This document shows, in pieces, positions 28,771 to 38,998 of a DNA stretch of 64,000 bases. A program made the translations under genes and the position numbers. The first letter of the stretch is position 1; every line of letters starts with the position of its first letter. The notes beneath the pieces were generated by a model. It was not told the DNA's origin. It saw only the letters and a list, made by a program, of their open reading frames with translations, and did no database searches. This DNA comes from an uncultured Bacilli bacterium (lineage in GTDB: Bacteria > Bacillota_I > Bacilli_A > RF39 > UBA660): NCBI GenBank assembly GCA_950097225.1, contig CATNCE010000001.1, positions 121,110 through 185,109 on the forward strand, read 5' to 3'.

Positions 28771-29331
28771 TTATTTCTCCTTAAAGTATAATTTGTCCAA
28801 TGCTTTTAAGTAGTCTAAGCGAGGATTGATTTTTTGTTCAATTATTATACCATTGTCTAATAAAAATTGATAGGGAATACTCTTACGAGTGTTGTTTTTA
28901 CAAAAATCGAGTAATGTCTTCCCGTCTAGGTAGAAAAATGTATTATTCATATATATTATTAGGAAAGATATTCCCCCGTGATTTATAACGCGTTTCATAT
29001 GCTCTAATTGATGAGGATGAATATTTTGAAGAGGAAATGCGGTTGTGTTTTTGGTTTCCTTAGCGTCATAATCGATGTAGAGACCTTTATATATACCATT
29101 GTAATCAAGAGTTGAAGGAGTTCTAAAGAAGGCTTTCGTTATAATGCGCTCTTTAGCTCCATACTTGACCTCGCTGATAGTAATGGGCGTTGGTTTTTTA
29201 TAAATGACAGCTAAATCGTTTTCTAAATAGTAAGTATTGCTTTGGTTTAGTAAAACTTCAAGATCCATTCCACGATTAGCATAGTTGGTATATTTTTTGT
29301 ATTCTTTTTTGGCATTACCTGGATAATTCAT
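28771..29331 (-). CDS. recU: Holliday junction resolvase RecU
   Basis: MNYP, NRGMDLE, KKPTPI, STLDYNGIYKG, DAKET, IHPHQ. Confidence 0.96.
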   Translation of the reverse strand: MNYPGNAKKEYKKYTNYANRGMDLEVLLNQSNTYYLENDLAVIYKKPTPITISEVKYGAKERIITKAFFRTPSTLDYNGIYKGLYIDYDAKETKNTTAFPLQNIHPHQLEHMKRVINHGGISFLIIYMNNTFFYLDGKTLLDFCKNNTRKSIPYQFLLDNGIIIEQKINPRLDYLKALDKLYFKEK

Positions 29332-29441
29332 CTAATTTCACCTTGATTAATATTATATAATAAATGAATGTTATTTTCTAGATTTTTAGTTTGTAAAAAG
29401 CTTAAAAAACGAGTATAATTGACTCATAAGGGTGTGTGATT

Positions 29442-30038
29442 ATGAAAATTGAGAGCTCTAATTTAGAAACAATTGCCGTTAGAACTAGCCAATATCCAAC
29501 AGATGAAAAGTATGAGTTTTTATTATGTGGACGTAGTAACGTTGGCAAAAGTAGTTTTATAAATACTATATTGGGAAGAAAAAATTATGCTCATACTTCA
29601 GGAAAACCAGGTAAAACGCAGACACTGAATTTTTATTTGGTTAATGATGATTTTTATTTAGTTGATGTTCCTGGGTATGGATATGCCAATGTCGAGAAGG
29701 AAAAACAGCGTAAATTTGGTTTGATGATTGAGGAATATATCAAGACACGTGAGAATCTGAAGTGTGTATTTTTGTTAGTGGATTTTCGTCATAAGGCTCA
29801 AGAAAATGATATACTGATGTATAATTATTTAAAGTATTATGAAATACCAACAGTTATTGTTGCAACTAAGTTTGATAAGGTTAAGGCAACTTTAAAAGAG
29901 AAAATGGAGAAGAGCCTTATTTCATCTTTAAATATTTTGCCAAGTGATAAATTTGTCTTGTTTTCGTCGGTTACTAAAAAGGGTCGTGAGGAAATATACA
30001 ATATATTGTCAAGTTATTTAGGAGAAGAAGATAATTAA
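29442..30038 (+). CDS. engB: Ribosome biogenesis GTPase YsxC/EngB
   Basis: GRSNVGKSS, PGKTQTLNFY, DVPGYGYA, TKFDK. Confidence 0.96.
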   Translation: MKIESSNLETIAVRTSQYPTDEKYEFLLCGRSNVGKSSFINTILGRKNYAHTSGKPGKTQTLNFYLVNDDFYLVDVPGYGYANVEKEKQRKFGLMIEEYIKTRENLKCVFLLVDFRHKAQENDILMYNYLKYYEIPTVIVATKFDKVKATLKEKMEKSLISSLNILPSDKFVLFSSVTKKGREEIYNILSSYLGEEDN

Positions 30039-30086
30039 TTTATTTTCTTTTTTTATGCGGTATAATAATATAAAAGGGTGATGATT

Positions 30087-30704
30087 ATGAGAAAAAATGG
30101 TTTTACGTTAGTAGAGTTGCTTTGTATATTGGTCATAATGGGATTGTTATTAGCTATTGCCGTACCTAATGCTTTAAAAATGAGTGGCAAGGTAAAGAAT
30201 AAGGCTTATACAACTAAGGTTGAGCTAATTGAAAAAGCGGCCGTTAGTTTCGGTCAGTCAAATATGACTATGGTTAGAAAAGGGATAGACTTTAAAGATA
30301 GCACAAAGAATCATACGTGTACGTTTAGCTATAGTGGGGATAAAGTAAGCAGTGTTGTTTTTAATACTAGGACTTATTCAGAAGGAGCATCTCTAATCAA
30401 TACGGGAACGAAAAAAGAGTTTTGGTGTACTAGGGTTAATGTTGAGGATTTAGTTAAAACGAACGATATTGATTATGATTATAAGGATCAATGTGGTGAT
30501 AAGTGTAGTAATGCTACTGATAAGGCTAATTATAATAATATAATTATTAATCCTAAGAGTGAGTTTATTATTAATAAGTGTTTTATCTATGTTTATTATC
30601 GCAATAATCGTGTATATGCATATTTTGATCAAGAGAGATGTAATAATCGTTCAGATGTGCCTAATAATGATGGGCGTGAGTATCGTCCAATTACCGGAAA
30701 ATAG
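30087..30704 (+). CDS. Type IV pilin-like protein
   Basis: Class III signal peptide KNG|FTLVELL..AIAVP. Confidence 0.85.
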   Translation: MRKNGFTLVELLCILVIMGLLLAIAVPNALKMSGKVKNKAYTTKVELIEKAAVSFGQSNMTMVRKGIDFKDSTKNHTCTFSYSGDKVSSVVFNTRTYSEGASLINTGTKKEFWCTRVNVEDLVKTNDIDYDYKDQCGDKCSNATDKANYNNIIINPKSEFIINKCFIYVYYRNNRVYAYFDQERCNNRSDVPNNDGREYRPITGK

Positions 30705-30793
30705 TAGAAATTCACTACTATTTTTGTTTGGGTAATGTTTGATATTTTGTTACATTTATGGTACTATAGACATTGTCAAAGGAGGGGATATTT

Positions 30794-32104
30794 ATGCGTA
30801 AATGTGTTTGTCTAATTGGGCGACCAAATACGGGGAAATCATCGTTATTTAATCGTTTGATTAATGAAAAGAAAGCTATTATTGCTGATACTCCAGGAGT
30901 TACTAGAGATCGTATATATGGGATAGTTAATTATCAGAATAAATCGTTTTCACTTATTGATACGGGCGGAATTGACCTTGAGAATGCAACGTTTAACGAT
31001 AATATTCGCATGCAAGCAGAACTTGCCGCAGATGAGGCAGATGTTATCGTATTTGTCGTAGATGGTAAAGAAGATTTAACGTTAAATGACATGGCGGTTA
31101 GAGATATGCTTATGCGTACTAATAAAAAAGTCATAGTTGCAGTTAATAAGATTGATGATAAGGTTCATGAGGATAAAATATATGCTTATTATGAATTGGG
31201 ATTTGAAAGTGTTATAACTGTTAGTGCCGAACATAAAAGACATATAACGGAATTATTAGATTTGATCTGTGCCGATTTTCCAGATTATACGACTGAACAA
31301 GATGATGAACTAATAAGGTTTTCGGTTATTGGGAGACCTAATGTTGGGAAGAGCAGCTTAGTAAATGCCATTATTGGTGAGGAGAAGCAAATTGTTTCGG
31401 ATGTAGCTGGGACTACACGTGATGCTGTCGATACGCGTTTTACTTATGAAAAAAATGATTATTTGGTTATCGATACAGCAGGTATGCGCAAAAAGGGCAA
31501 AGTCTATGAAAACATTGAAAAATATTCTCTGCTACGTAGTTTAAAATCTATTGAAAGATCAGATGTGTGTTGTGTTGTTATTGATGCTGAGGCGGGAATT
31601 ATGGAACACGATAAACACATAGTTTCTTATGCTATTGATGCTGGTAAAGCGATTGTAGTTGTCGTTAATAAATGGGATATGATTACTAATAAGGATCAAG
31701 AAATTAAAGCTTGGAAGAAGAAAATTCGCGACGAGTTTCAGTTTATTCCCTATGCGGATGTTGTATTTTTGTCAGCTAAGACAAGAAGTCGTATTCATAC
31801 GCTTATGCCAGCCATAATTAAGGCACATGAGTCTTATACAAAAGTTGTTAAAACTAGTATGTTAAATGATATAATACGTGATGCTGTTGCCCTTCATGAG
31901 GCTCCTTCTTATAAGGGAAAACGTTTAAAAATCTATTTTGTTAGTCAGGTTGATGTCTGTCCTCCAAAGTTTGCTTTTAATGTCAATAGTAAGAGTTTGG
32001 TACATTTTTCGTACTCGCGATATTTAGAGAATAAAATTCGTGAGAGTATTGATTTGGAAGGGACACCGATTATCATTCAGTTTAAAAATCGTGGCGAGGA
32101 ATAA
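30794..32104 (+). CDS. der: Ribosome biogenesis GTPase Der
   Basis: Two G-domains (GRPNTGKSS / GRPNVGKSS), GVTRDR, KH-like C-terminus. Confidence 0.97.
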   Translation: MRKCVCLIGRPNTGKSSLFNRLINEKKAIIADTPGVTRDRIYGIVNYQNKSFSLIDTGGIDLENATFNDNIRMQAELAADEADVIVFVVDGKEDLTLNDMAVRDMLMRTNKKVIVAVNKIDDKVHEDKIYAYYELGFESVITVSAEHKRHITELLDLICADFPDYTTEQDDELIRFSVIGRPNVGKSSLVNAIIGEEKQIVSDVAGTTRDAVDTRFTYEKNDYLVIDTAGMRKKGKVYENIEKYSLLRSLKSIERSDVCCVVIDAEAGIMEHDKHIVSYAIDAGKAIVVVVNKWDMITNKDQEIKAWKKKIRDEFQFIPYADVVFLSAKTRSRIHTLMPAIIKAHESYTKVVKTSMLNDIIRDAVALHEAPSYKGKRLKIYFVSQVDVCPPKFAFNVNSKSLVHFSYSRYLENKIRESIDLEGTPIIIQFKNRGEE

Positions 32105-32132
32105 GGCTTTTAAAAGAAGAATTTAGTGGTAA

Positions 32133-32753
32133 ATGATGATAATAAATGGTGAAGAAGTAGAAATTGTTATTGAAAAGAAAAGGATAAAGAATATTTATTT
32201 TCGTGTGAAGGATGATTTAAAGATCCATGTTACTTGTCCAAGACTTGTAAGTAAGTCAGAGATTATGCGCTTAGTGAATTTTAATGCGAAGAGCATTGAG
32301 AAGATGTATTATGAAAAAAAGGGCAAACAGACCCGGGAAAAAAGAGTATTACTTTTAGGGCGTGAACTGGCATTTGTTCTAAATAAGCGAATAAAATTTG
32401 CAGAAGGTATTGCCTATGGACCTAGTATTGATGCGGTTAACGAGTATTTAGAGAAGAAGTCTTTGAAAGTTTTTCAGGATCGTTTAGATAAGTATAGGGA
32501 TGAATTTCCAAATTTGCCAGAGTTTCGTTTGCGCACGCGAAAAATGAAGACGCGTTGGGGTGTTTGTAATAAGGGAAGCATGACGGTGACGATTAATACA
32601 TTACTTATACATAAGGAAGTTCATTTAATTGATTATGTTATAGTTCATGAACTTTCGCATTTTGAGCATATGGATCATTCGTCTGCATTTTGGGCAGAAG
32701 TTGCTAGGCATTATCCTAATTATAAAAAAGCACGTAGAGAATTAAGGGATTAG
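32133..32753 (+). CDS. YgjP/DUF45 (M48/SprT-like) zinc metallohydrolase
   Basis: MKTRWGVC, YVIVHELSH, HSSAFW. Confidence 0.88.
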   Translation: MMIINGEEVEIVIEKKRIKNIYFRVKDDLKIHVTCPRLVSKSEIMRLVNFNAKSIEKMYYEKKGKQTREKRVLLLGRELAFVLNKRIKFAEGIAYGPSIDAVNEYLEKKSLKVFQDRLDKYRDEFPNLPEFRLRTRKMKTRWGVCNKGSMTVTINTLLIHKEVHLIDYVIVHELSHFEHMDHSSAFWAEVARHYPNYKKARRELRD

Positions 32754-32754
32754 T

Positions 32755-33459
32755 ATGATTGAGTCAGTAAATAATGAATTAATAAAAAAATATGCGAAAT
32801 TGCAGCAAAAGAAGTACCGAATGCAAGAAGGACTATTTATCGTTGAGGGAGAACATTTAGTTGATGAAGCTTGTAAAAGGGAAATTGTTGTCGATATTTT
32901 TGCTACGTATGAATATCCTGAAGCAAAGCTGGTAAGTGATAATGTCATGAAGAAACTTTCTGGTCTTGATTCGCCAGCGCACGTGCTTGCGGTTTGTAAA
33001 ATGCTTAGTGAGCGTGAGATAAAAGGAAATATTTTGGCTTTGGATGGGATACAAGATCCGGGTAATCTAGGGACGATTATTAGAAGTGCTGTTGCCTTTG
33101 GGGTGGATACGATAGTTGCATCAAGTGATACTGTTGATCTATATAATCAAAAAACGATTCGAGCTAGTGAGGGAATGCTTTTTCAAATAAATTATTTGAA
33201 AAGAGACTTATACGCGTTTTTAAGTGATGTTCATGATACATATAAGATTTATACAACGGATGTTGTTGATGGGTGTAATATCAAGGAGATAATGTGTCAA
33301 AATCCTTATGTTATTGTTATGGGAAATGAAGGAAATGGAGTTAGTGAAATGGTTGCAAGTCTTGCCGATGAGAGATTTCATATTCCTATGAGTGATAAGT
33401 GCGAAAGCTTGAATGTAGCTATTGCCACAGCGATTATTTTATATCAATTTTTTAATTAA
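32755..33459 (+). CDS. TrmH/SpoU family RNA methyltransferase
   Basis: QDPGNLGTIIRSA, GNEGNG, ESLNVAIA. Confidence 0.93.
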   Translation: MIESVNNELIKKYAKLQQKKYRMQEGLFIVEGEHLVDEACKREIVVDIFATYEYPEAKLVSDNVMKKLSGLDSPAHVLAVCKMLSEREIKGNILALDGIQDPGNLGTIIRSAVAFGVDTIVASSDTVDLYNQKTIRASEGMLFQINYLKRDLYAFLSDVHDTYKIYTTDVVDGCNIKEIMCQNPYVIVMGNEGNGVSEMVASLADERFHIPMSDKCESLNVAIATAIILYQFFN

Positions 33460-33673
33460 GCTGGAAAATGGAAAAATGTTTTCCAGTTTTTTTATAAATA
33501 AGAAGTAAAGATAAAATGAGTCGTGTATAAAAATAGTAGAAAGGCTAACTATTAAAATATTAATACCTGCAGTATATGATTTTATCTTAAAAGCTATCAT
33601 GTTTTTTCTTAAAATATTCTTAACTATATTTATTATGTAGAGGCAGTCTGATATAATAGACTAGGTGAAGATA

Positions 33674-34354
33674 ATGAAAGATTTAGCTTTCCTTAAACAT
33701 AGTTTAATTACTAATAAAGGAATTTATGATAATGAGCGTTTATTTGAAAATACGCTTCAAGCTTATGCAAGGGCGATGAAACATGGCTATGGAATATATT
33801 TAAGCGTTTATATGCTGGAAGATGGTACTATCGTGTGTTTTGAAGACGATAATTTGAGTCGTATGCTTCATGTTGAACAAAAAATTGAAAAAGTTACATA
33901 TGATGATTTGAGTTATATGGCTAAATATCAAATACCGACTTTAGAAGAGGTGTTAGAGGTAGTCAGGGGAGTAGTTCCTGTTTATATTAAAATAAATACC
34001 AAGACTCGAAAGTTTTTGTTAGAGAAAAAGATAAGTGAGATTTTAGATAGCTATAATGGTAAATTTACTGTTGAAAGTGATTCTTTGCGCGTTATTAAAT
34101 GGTTTTTAAAAAATAAAAATAGCTATATTGTTGGCTATAATGTTAATAAGGAGAATTATCGAACTAGTTTCTTATTTAAAAAATATGATTATATTAATTT
34201 AGATTATCGCCTGTTTAAAGATAAGGCTATTAGAAAGATTAGAGAGAGTAGAATTGTTATTGGGCATTTAATAGAGAACAAGAATGATTATTTAATTGAG
34301 AATGATGTTTGTGATAATTTAATCGTTGACAATATACTTGAAATTATAAAGTGA
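33674..34354 (+). CDS. Glycerophosphodiester phosphodiesterase-like protein, degenerate
   Basis: ENTLQAY..A, DG.IV, IPTLEEVL pattern but catalytic residues replaced. Confidence 0.7.
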   Translation: MKDLAFLKHSLITNKGIYDNERLFENTLQAYARAMKHGYGIYLSVYMLEDGTIVCFEDDNLSRMLHVEQKIEKVTYDDLSYMAKYQIPTLEEVLEVVRGVVPVYIKINTKTRKFLLEKKISEILDSYNGKFTVESDSLRVIKWFLKNKNSYIVGYNVNKENYRTSFLFKKYDYINLDYRLFKDKAIRKIRESRIVIGHLIENKNDYLIENDVCDNLIVDNILEIIK

Positions 34355-34389
34355 TAAGTTTATAATAGTCATTTAAGAGGAAAAGGGAT

Positions 34390-34881
34390 ATGAAGAAAGT
34401 TTTTGTAGGTAAAATTGTTAATACGCATGGCATTAAAGGTGAATTTAGGATAAAGTCAGACTTTGATCGCAAGGATTTGTTATTCATAGTTGGGCAGGAA
34501 ATCTATATTGGTTCATCATTATATAAGATCGCTAGTTATCGAAGACACAAAGAGTACGATATGATAACTTTAGAAGGCTATAATAATATCAATGACGTAT
34601 TAGAGTTTAAGGGAATGAATGTATTTGTTGATCGCGATAGCTTGCAACTTAAGAGTGATGAGGTAATTTATAACGATTTAGTTGGGATGGAGGTTATTTG
34701 TTCTTCTGATGTTCTTGGGATAGCCGATGATTATATTAATGATAAGAATCCACTACTTGAAGTTAGAGGAGTTGATAATAAAGTATTTTATATTCCATTA
34801 CTGGGCAACTTTATTCTTGATGTTAATTCTACTGATAAAAGAATTAGTGTTAGTGAAGAAACTAAGGGATTGATGTTATGA
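34390..34881 (+). CDS. rimM: 16S rRNA processing protein RimM
   Basis: VGKIVNTHGIKGE, DLVGMEV; upstream of trmD. Confidence 0.93.
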   Translation: MKKVFVGKIVNTHGIKGEFRIKSDFDRKDLLFIVGQEIYIGSSLYKIASYRRHKEYDMITLEGYNNINDVLEFKGMNVFVDRDSLQLKSDEVIYNDLVGMEVICSSDVLGIADDYINDKNPLLEVRGVDNKVFYIPLLGNFILDVNSTDKRISVSEETKGLML

Positions 34882-35540
34882 AAATAAGTATTTTGACACT
34901 TTTTCCAAAGATGTTTGAAAATTTCTTGAGTGAGTCTATTATTAAAAGAGCGATAGAAAAAGGATTAGTGCAGTTTGAGATAATTGATATAAGAACTTTT
35001 TCTAAGCTTAATAATAATCAGGTTGATGATACTCCTTATGGAGGCGGAGCTGGGATGGTCATGATGGTTGAGCCAGTGGTTGATGCCATTAATTCAGTTA
35101 AGACAAGCGAATCAAAAGTCTTTTTGATGAGTCCTAGCGGTAAGACATTTAAGCAAAGTATGGCTTTTTCTTTTAGCAAGGAAAAGCATCTCATTTTGAT
35201 ATGTGGACATTATGAAGGAATAGATGAGAGAATTAAATATTATATTGATGGGGAAGTATCAATCGGAGATTATGTTTTAACGGGAGGAGAACTAGCAGCC
35301 ATGGTCGTAAGCGATGCTGTTACTCGTTTAGTTGAAGGGGTTATAAAAAAAGCGAGTTATGAAGAAGAGTCATTTACCAATAATTTGTTAGACTATCCAA
35401 CGTATACTAAGCCACCGATTTATGATAACCATGCAGTTCCAGAAGTATTGTTATCGGGACATCATGAAAATATTCGCATTTGGCGGGTAGAAGAACAGAT
35501 AAAAAAGACAAGGGAGCAAAGACCTGATTTATTAGAGTAG
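34878..35540 (+). CDS. trmD: tRNA (guanine-N1)-methyltransferase
   Basis: VDDTPYGGGAGM, CGHYEGIDER, SIGDYVLTGGE, LLSGHH. Confidence 0.97.
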   Translation: MKISILTLFPKMFENFLSESIIKRAIEKGLVQFEIIDIRTFSKLNNNQVDDTPYGGGAGMVMMVEPVVDAINSVKTSESKVFLMSPSGKTFKQSMAFSFSKEKHLILICGHYEGIDERIKYYIDGEVSIGDYVLTGGELAAMVVSDAVTRLVEGVIKKASYEEESFTNNLLDYPTYTKPPIYDNHAVPEVLLSGHHENIRIWRVEEQIKKTREQRPDLLE

Positions 35541-35551
35541 GAGGTATAAAA

Positions 35552-36019
35552 ATGTGTAGTTATTTGATTGATAAAGGCCAATATTCGGGAGTTATTATTT
35601 ATATGGAATATGATCTTGATGGATATAATTTTAAACCAAGATATGAACAAGGTCGACCATATATTCAAGTTAATTCAGTAACGATTTATGAGCCTAAAAT
35701 GATTGATTCATTATTGGCTAAAAAGTTTCAGAAGAAGTTTGAACGTTTGTCACAAATAATTATGCGTTTTTTATATGATGAAGAAAATGGTGATGATGAA
35801 GAAAATGGTGATGAGGGAGATTATATGATTGTTCTTGATGAAGTAGCTAGATTAAAAGCCCTTGTTGAACTGCGATATCAGCGATTTTTAAGTGTTCAAG
35901 AGTATAAAGATTATATTCATAAGCTAGCATTTTTAGATAACCAATTGCGACAAAAACTAGCGATGATTAGTTACCAAAATAGTTTAGAGGCAGAAGTCAC
36001 TCATGGAAGAGGAAGGTAA
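35552..36019 (+). CDS. Hypothetical protein
   Basis: GGAGG RBS, 155 aa. Confidence 0.7.
   Translation: MCSYLIDKGQYSGVIIYMEYDLDGYNFKPRYEQGRPYIQVNSVTIYEPKMIDSLLAKKFQKKFERLSQIIMRFLYDEENGDDEENGDEGDYMIVLDEVARLKALVELRYQRFLSVQEYKDYIHKLAFLDNQLRQKLAMISYQNSLEAEVTHGRGR
35777..35812 (+). repeat. In-frame 18-bp tandem duplication (DEENGD x2)
   Basis: GATGAAGAAAATGGTGAT repeated twice. Confidence 0.85.
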
Positions 36020-36102
36020 TTCCTTTTTTATTTCTAATGTTATTGATTTAAGGAGGCATTTAATATATAATACACTTAGTACTAATGAAAGAGGCATGAA
36101 TT

Positions 36103-37347
36103 ATGAAAAATGTAAAAGAAATAACTGTTGAAGTTAAAGGTGAAGCTTGGGAAAAAGCCCTTGATAAAGCTTTTAATAAAAAGAAAAAAGATATAAAAAT
36201 TGATGGATTTAGAAAAGGCTCTGTACCTAAAGATATGTTTATTAAAAAAGTAGGTATTGAAGCTTTATTTATGGATGCATCTGATATTGTTGTTGATGAA
36301 GAGTATCGCAAGATAATCAACGAAAATAAGATGGAAATCGTTTGTGAACCAACTGTTTCGATTGAAAAAATTGATAAAGATGGAATTATTATTAAGTTTA
36401 CTTTGATATCTCATCCTGAAGTTAAATTAGGAAAATATAAAGGTTTAGGTGTTAAACGCGATAAGGTAACTGTAACAAAAGAGGAGATTGCTCATGAGTT
36501 ACAACATTTGACTTCACACATGGCAGAAATTGTTGTTAAAGAAAAAGGAAAAGTTGAAAACGGAAATACTGCTGTTATTGATTTTGAAGGTGTTGTTGAT
36601 GGCAAGAAACTTGATGGAGGTAGTGGAAAAGATTATCCATTAGAAATTGGAAGTCATTCATTTATTCCTGGTTTTGAAGAAGGCGTAGTTGGAATGAGCG
36701 TTGGAGAAACTAAAGTTTTAAATTTAAAATTCCCTCACGAATATACTGAGGACTTAAAAGATAAAGATGTGGAGTTTATTGTAACTGTTAAAGAGATTAA
36801 AGAGCGTATTGAACCAGAAATGAATAAAGAATTCTTTGAGGATTTAGGTATTGAAGGCGTTGATTCAAAAGAAAAGTTAGAAAAACACATCGAAGAAGAG
36901 CTTAAACATCAAAAAGAACATCAAGCTGATGATAAGTATGTTGATGAATTATTAAGAAAAGCTACTGATAACATGGAAGTCGATATAAATAACGAGATAA
37001 TTGAATCAGAAATTGATCGTATGGCTCAACAATTCTCACAAGAACTTAGCATGCAAGGAGCTTCTTTAGAGCAATATTTGAGCATGGTTGGTACTAAGAT
37101 GGAAGATTTTAGAACTTCAATTAAACCACAAGCTATTGCAAGAATAAAGACAAGATACTTGCTTGAAGAAGTTGTAAAAGCAGAAGGTATTACTTCAACA
37201 GATGAGGAAATTGATAATAAGATCAAGGAAGAATCAGAGAAGTATGGCATGAGTGCTGATGAATTTGTTAAGGCAATCGGTGGCAAGGAATTAATGAAAT
37301 ATGATGTTGAGATGAATAAAGCTATCGATATTATTAAAGAGGGATAA
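36103..37347 (+). CDS. tig: Trigger factor
   Basis: GFRKGSVP ribosome-binding motif, FKBP domain FIPGFEEG. Confidence 0.96.
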   Translation: MKNVKEITVEVKGEAWEKALDKAFNKKKKDIKIDGFRKGSVPKDMFIKKVGIEALFMDASDIVVDEEYRKIINENKMEIVCEPTVSIEKIDKDGIIIKFTLISHPEVKLGKYKGLGVKRDKVTVTKEEIAHELQHLTSHMAEIVVKEKGKVENGNTAVIDFEGVVDGKKLDGGSGKDYPLEIGSHSFIPGFEEGVVGMSVGETKVLNLKFPHEYTEDLKDKDVEFIVTVKEIKERIEPEMNKEFFEDLGIEGVDSKEKLEKHIEEELKHQKEHQADDKYVDELLRKATDNMEVDINNEIIESEIDRMAQQFSQELSMQGASLEQYLSMVGTKMEDFRTSIKPQAIARIKTRYLLEEVVKAEGITSTDEEIDNKIKEESEKYGMSADEFVKAIGGKELMKYDVEMNKAIDIIKEG

Positions 37348-37373
37348 AGTTCTTAAGTTAAGAACTTTTTTCA

Positions 37374-38657
37374 TTATATGTAATGAAGTTGATAAAGTTT
37401 TTTTAAATTTAGATAGTTAACGATAAAGATGTTGATTATTTCGGCAATAATTAAGCCATATATACCAATGCTTAAAAATGAAAATATCGTTAGACATAGG
37501 AGTTTGACAATACATCCTTTTACGGTTGTGTTCATCGTATATTTGGACATATTTAGGCCTTGAAGAGCGCTAACTAGTGGACCTTCTATGTAAAATAAGG
37601 GGAAGAATATGGCTAGAACTTTAATGTAATTGATTCCCTTATCTGTATTATATAAAATATTTAAAAGGGTACCTGATTTGAAGAAGAGAAAAATACAGTA
37701 AATTGTGGCAATTGTTAAAGAGACAATAATGCATTTGCGAATTAAAGACTTTATGTATTGAGGGTTTTTGTAGTTTTTAGATACTTCGGGTACTAACGTG
37801 GTATTAAGAGCCATTGTGAAAAAAGATGGCATGGTTAAAACAGGAATGACATAGGCATTGTAAACGGCGTATTCTGATGAGATAAAGCTTGTTGAGTATC
37901 CGACGAAAAGAAGAATGTTAGTAAGAATAATGGGTTCAAAGAAATAACAAATATTACCGAATAAACGTCCAGATAAACTAGGAATAGAAAGAGATAGAAT
38001 TTCATTCATTAGAGGGACACGAATTTTTAAATCGGACAAAGTTATTTTTAGATTTTTGGGAGCAAAGAATAAATATATGACGATTTGGACTAGTTCTGCT
38101 GCAGCTGCTATGATGATATAACCAGAAACGGCGATAATAACAGAAAATTTCATTAAAATAGGGATGACGCAAACTAACAATATTAGACGAGTTACTTGTT
38201 CAAATATATTGCTAATGGCATTGGGAAGCATGTTTTGTTTGCCAAAGTAGTAGCCTTTGATAATTCCTGATATGCTAGTGAAGGGAAGAACAAAACATAT
38301 AGATATTATGGGATAATAAGTGTCGGGATTTTTTAAAAGACTGTTTGATAAAATGGGCGCAAAAAAGAAGATAATCACGATAATTATAATGTTGAAAAGT
38401 AAGGCGATTGGAATGATGCTAGCTAGAATGTGGATGCCGCGATTGTTGTTTTTGGCCATGATACACGATACAGCATAGGGAAGACCTAGTTGAGTTACGG
38501 CAATTAAAAGAGAATAGGTAGGCATAATTAGCGAGTAAATATTTATTCCTTCACCAATTATTCGTGTAAATAAAATTTTTATGACGAAGCCTAGTACTTT
38601 GGCAAGAGATGTGCCTAATATTAAAATTAAGGTTGACTTGATAAAGATATTTTTCAT
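37374..38657 (-). CDS. spoVB: SpoVB/MurJ-like polysaccharide/lipid II flippase
   Basis: Multi-TM MOP-family pattern (FIKSTLIL, GLPYAVS, KGYYFG, EQVTR); divergent from comN as in Bacillus. Confidence 0.75.
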   Translation of the reverse strand: MKNIFIKSTLILILGTSLAKVLGFVIKILFTRIIGEGINIYSLIMPTYSLLIAVTQLGLPYAVSCIMAKNNNRGIHILASIIPIALLFNIIIIVIIFFFAPILSNSLLKNPDTYYPIISICFVLPFTSISGIIKGYYFGKQNMLPNAISNIFEQVTRLILLVCVIPILMKFSVIIAVSGYIIIAAAAELVQIVIYLFFAPKNLKITLSDLKIRVPLMNEILSLSIPSLSGRLFGNICYFFEPIILTNILLFVGYSTSFISSEYAVYNAYVIPVLTMPSFFTMALNTTLVPEVSKNYKNPQYIKSLIRKCIIVSLTIATIYCIFLFFKSGTLLNILYNTDKGINYIKVLAIFFPLFYIEGPLVSALQGLNMSKYTMNTTVKGCIVKLLCLTIFSFLSIGIYGLIIAEIINIFIVNYLNLKKLYQLHYI

Positions 38658-38734
38658 GTTCTCTCCTTTAAAGTTCATTCTATTTGTTATATAATTATAT
38701 ATGAGATAACTATAAAAAATATTAAGGTGATAGC

Positions 38735-38998
38735 ATGGAAAATAAATTTAATTCACAAAATGAACTTTTTAATAAAGTAAAACCAGCTTTAGTTACTAAG
38801 AGAAATGAAATGATTCGCAAGGGAATAAAAATTGTTAAAGTTACGGATATATGGGAGTATAATAAAGAGATAAATTGGCGCAAGGCTAAAGGACTTACTT
38901 TAGCAGGATTAGTTAATGACATATTAAATACGGATGATAAAGATTATTTGGAGTATGTTGTTAGCAAGATAGAGGAAAGTGATGAAAATGGAAGATAA
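38735..38998 (+). CDS. comN: ComN-like post-transcriptional regulator
   Basis: VKPALVTK..E..G...DIWEY...W...L..LVNDIL pattern; next to spoVB. Confidence 0.7.
   Translation: MENKFNSQNELFNKVKPALVTKRNEMIRKGIKIVKVTDIWEYNKEINWRKAKGLTLAGLVNDILNTDDKDYLEYVVSKIEESDENGR

Noticed and set aside
35777-35812. 18-bp tandem repeat as a phase-variation switch
   Set aside because: In frame, only two units, in an acidic loop; no effect on reading frame
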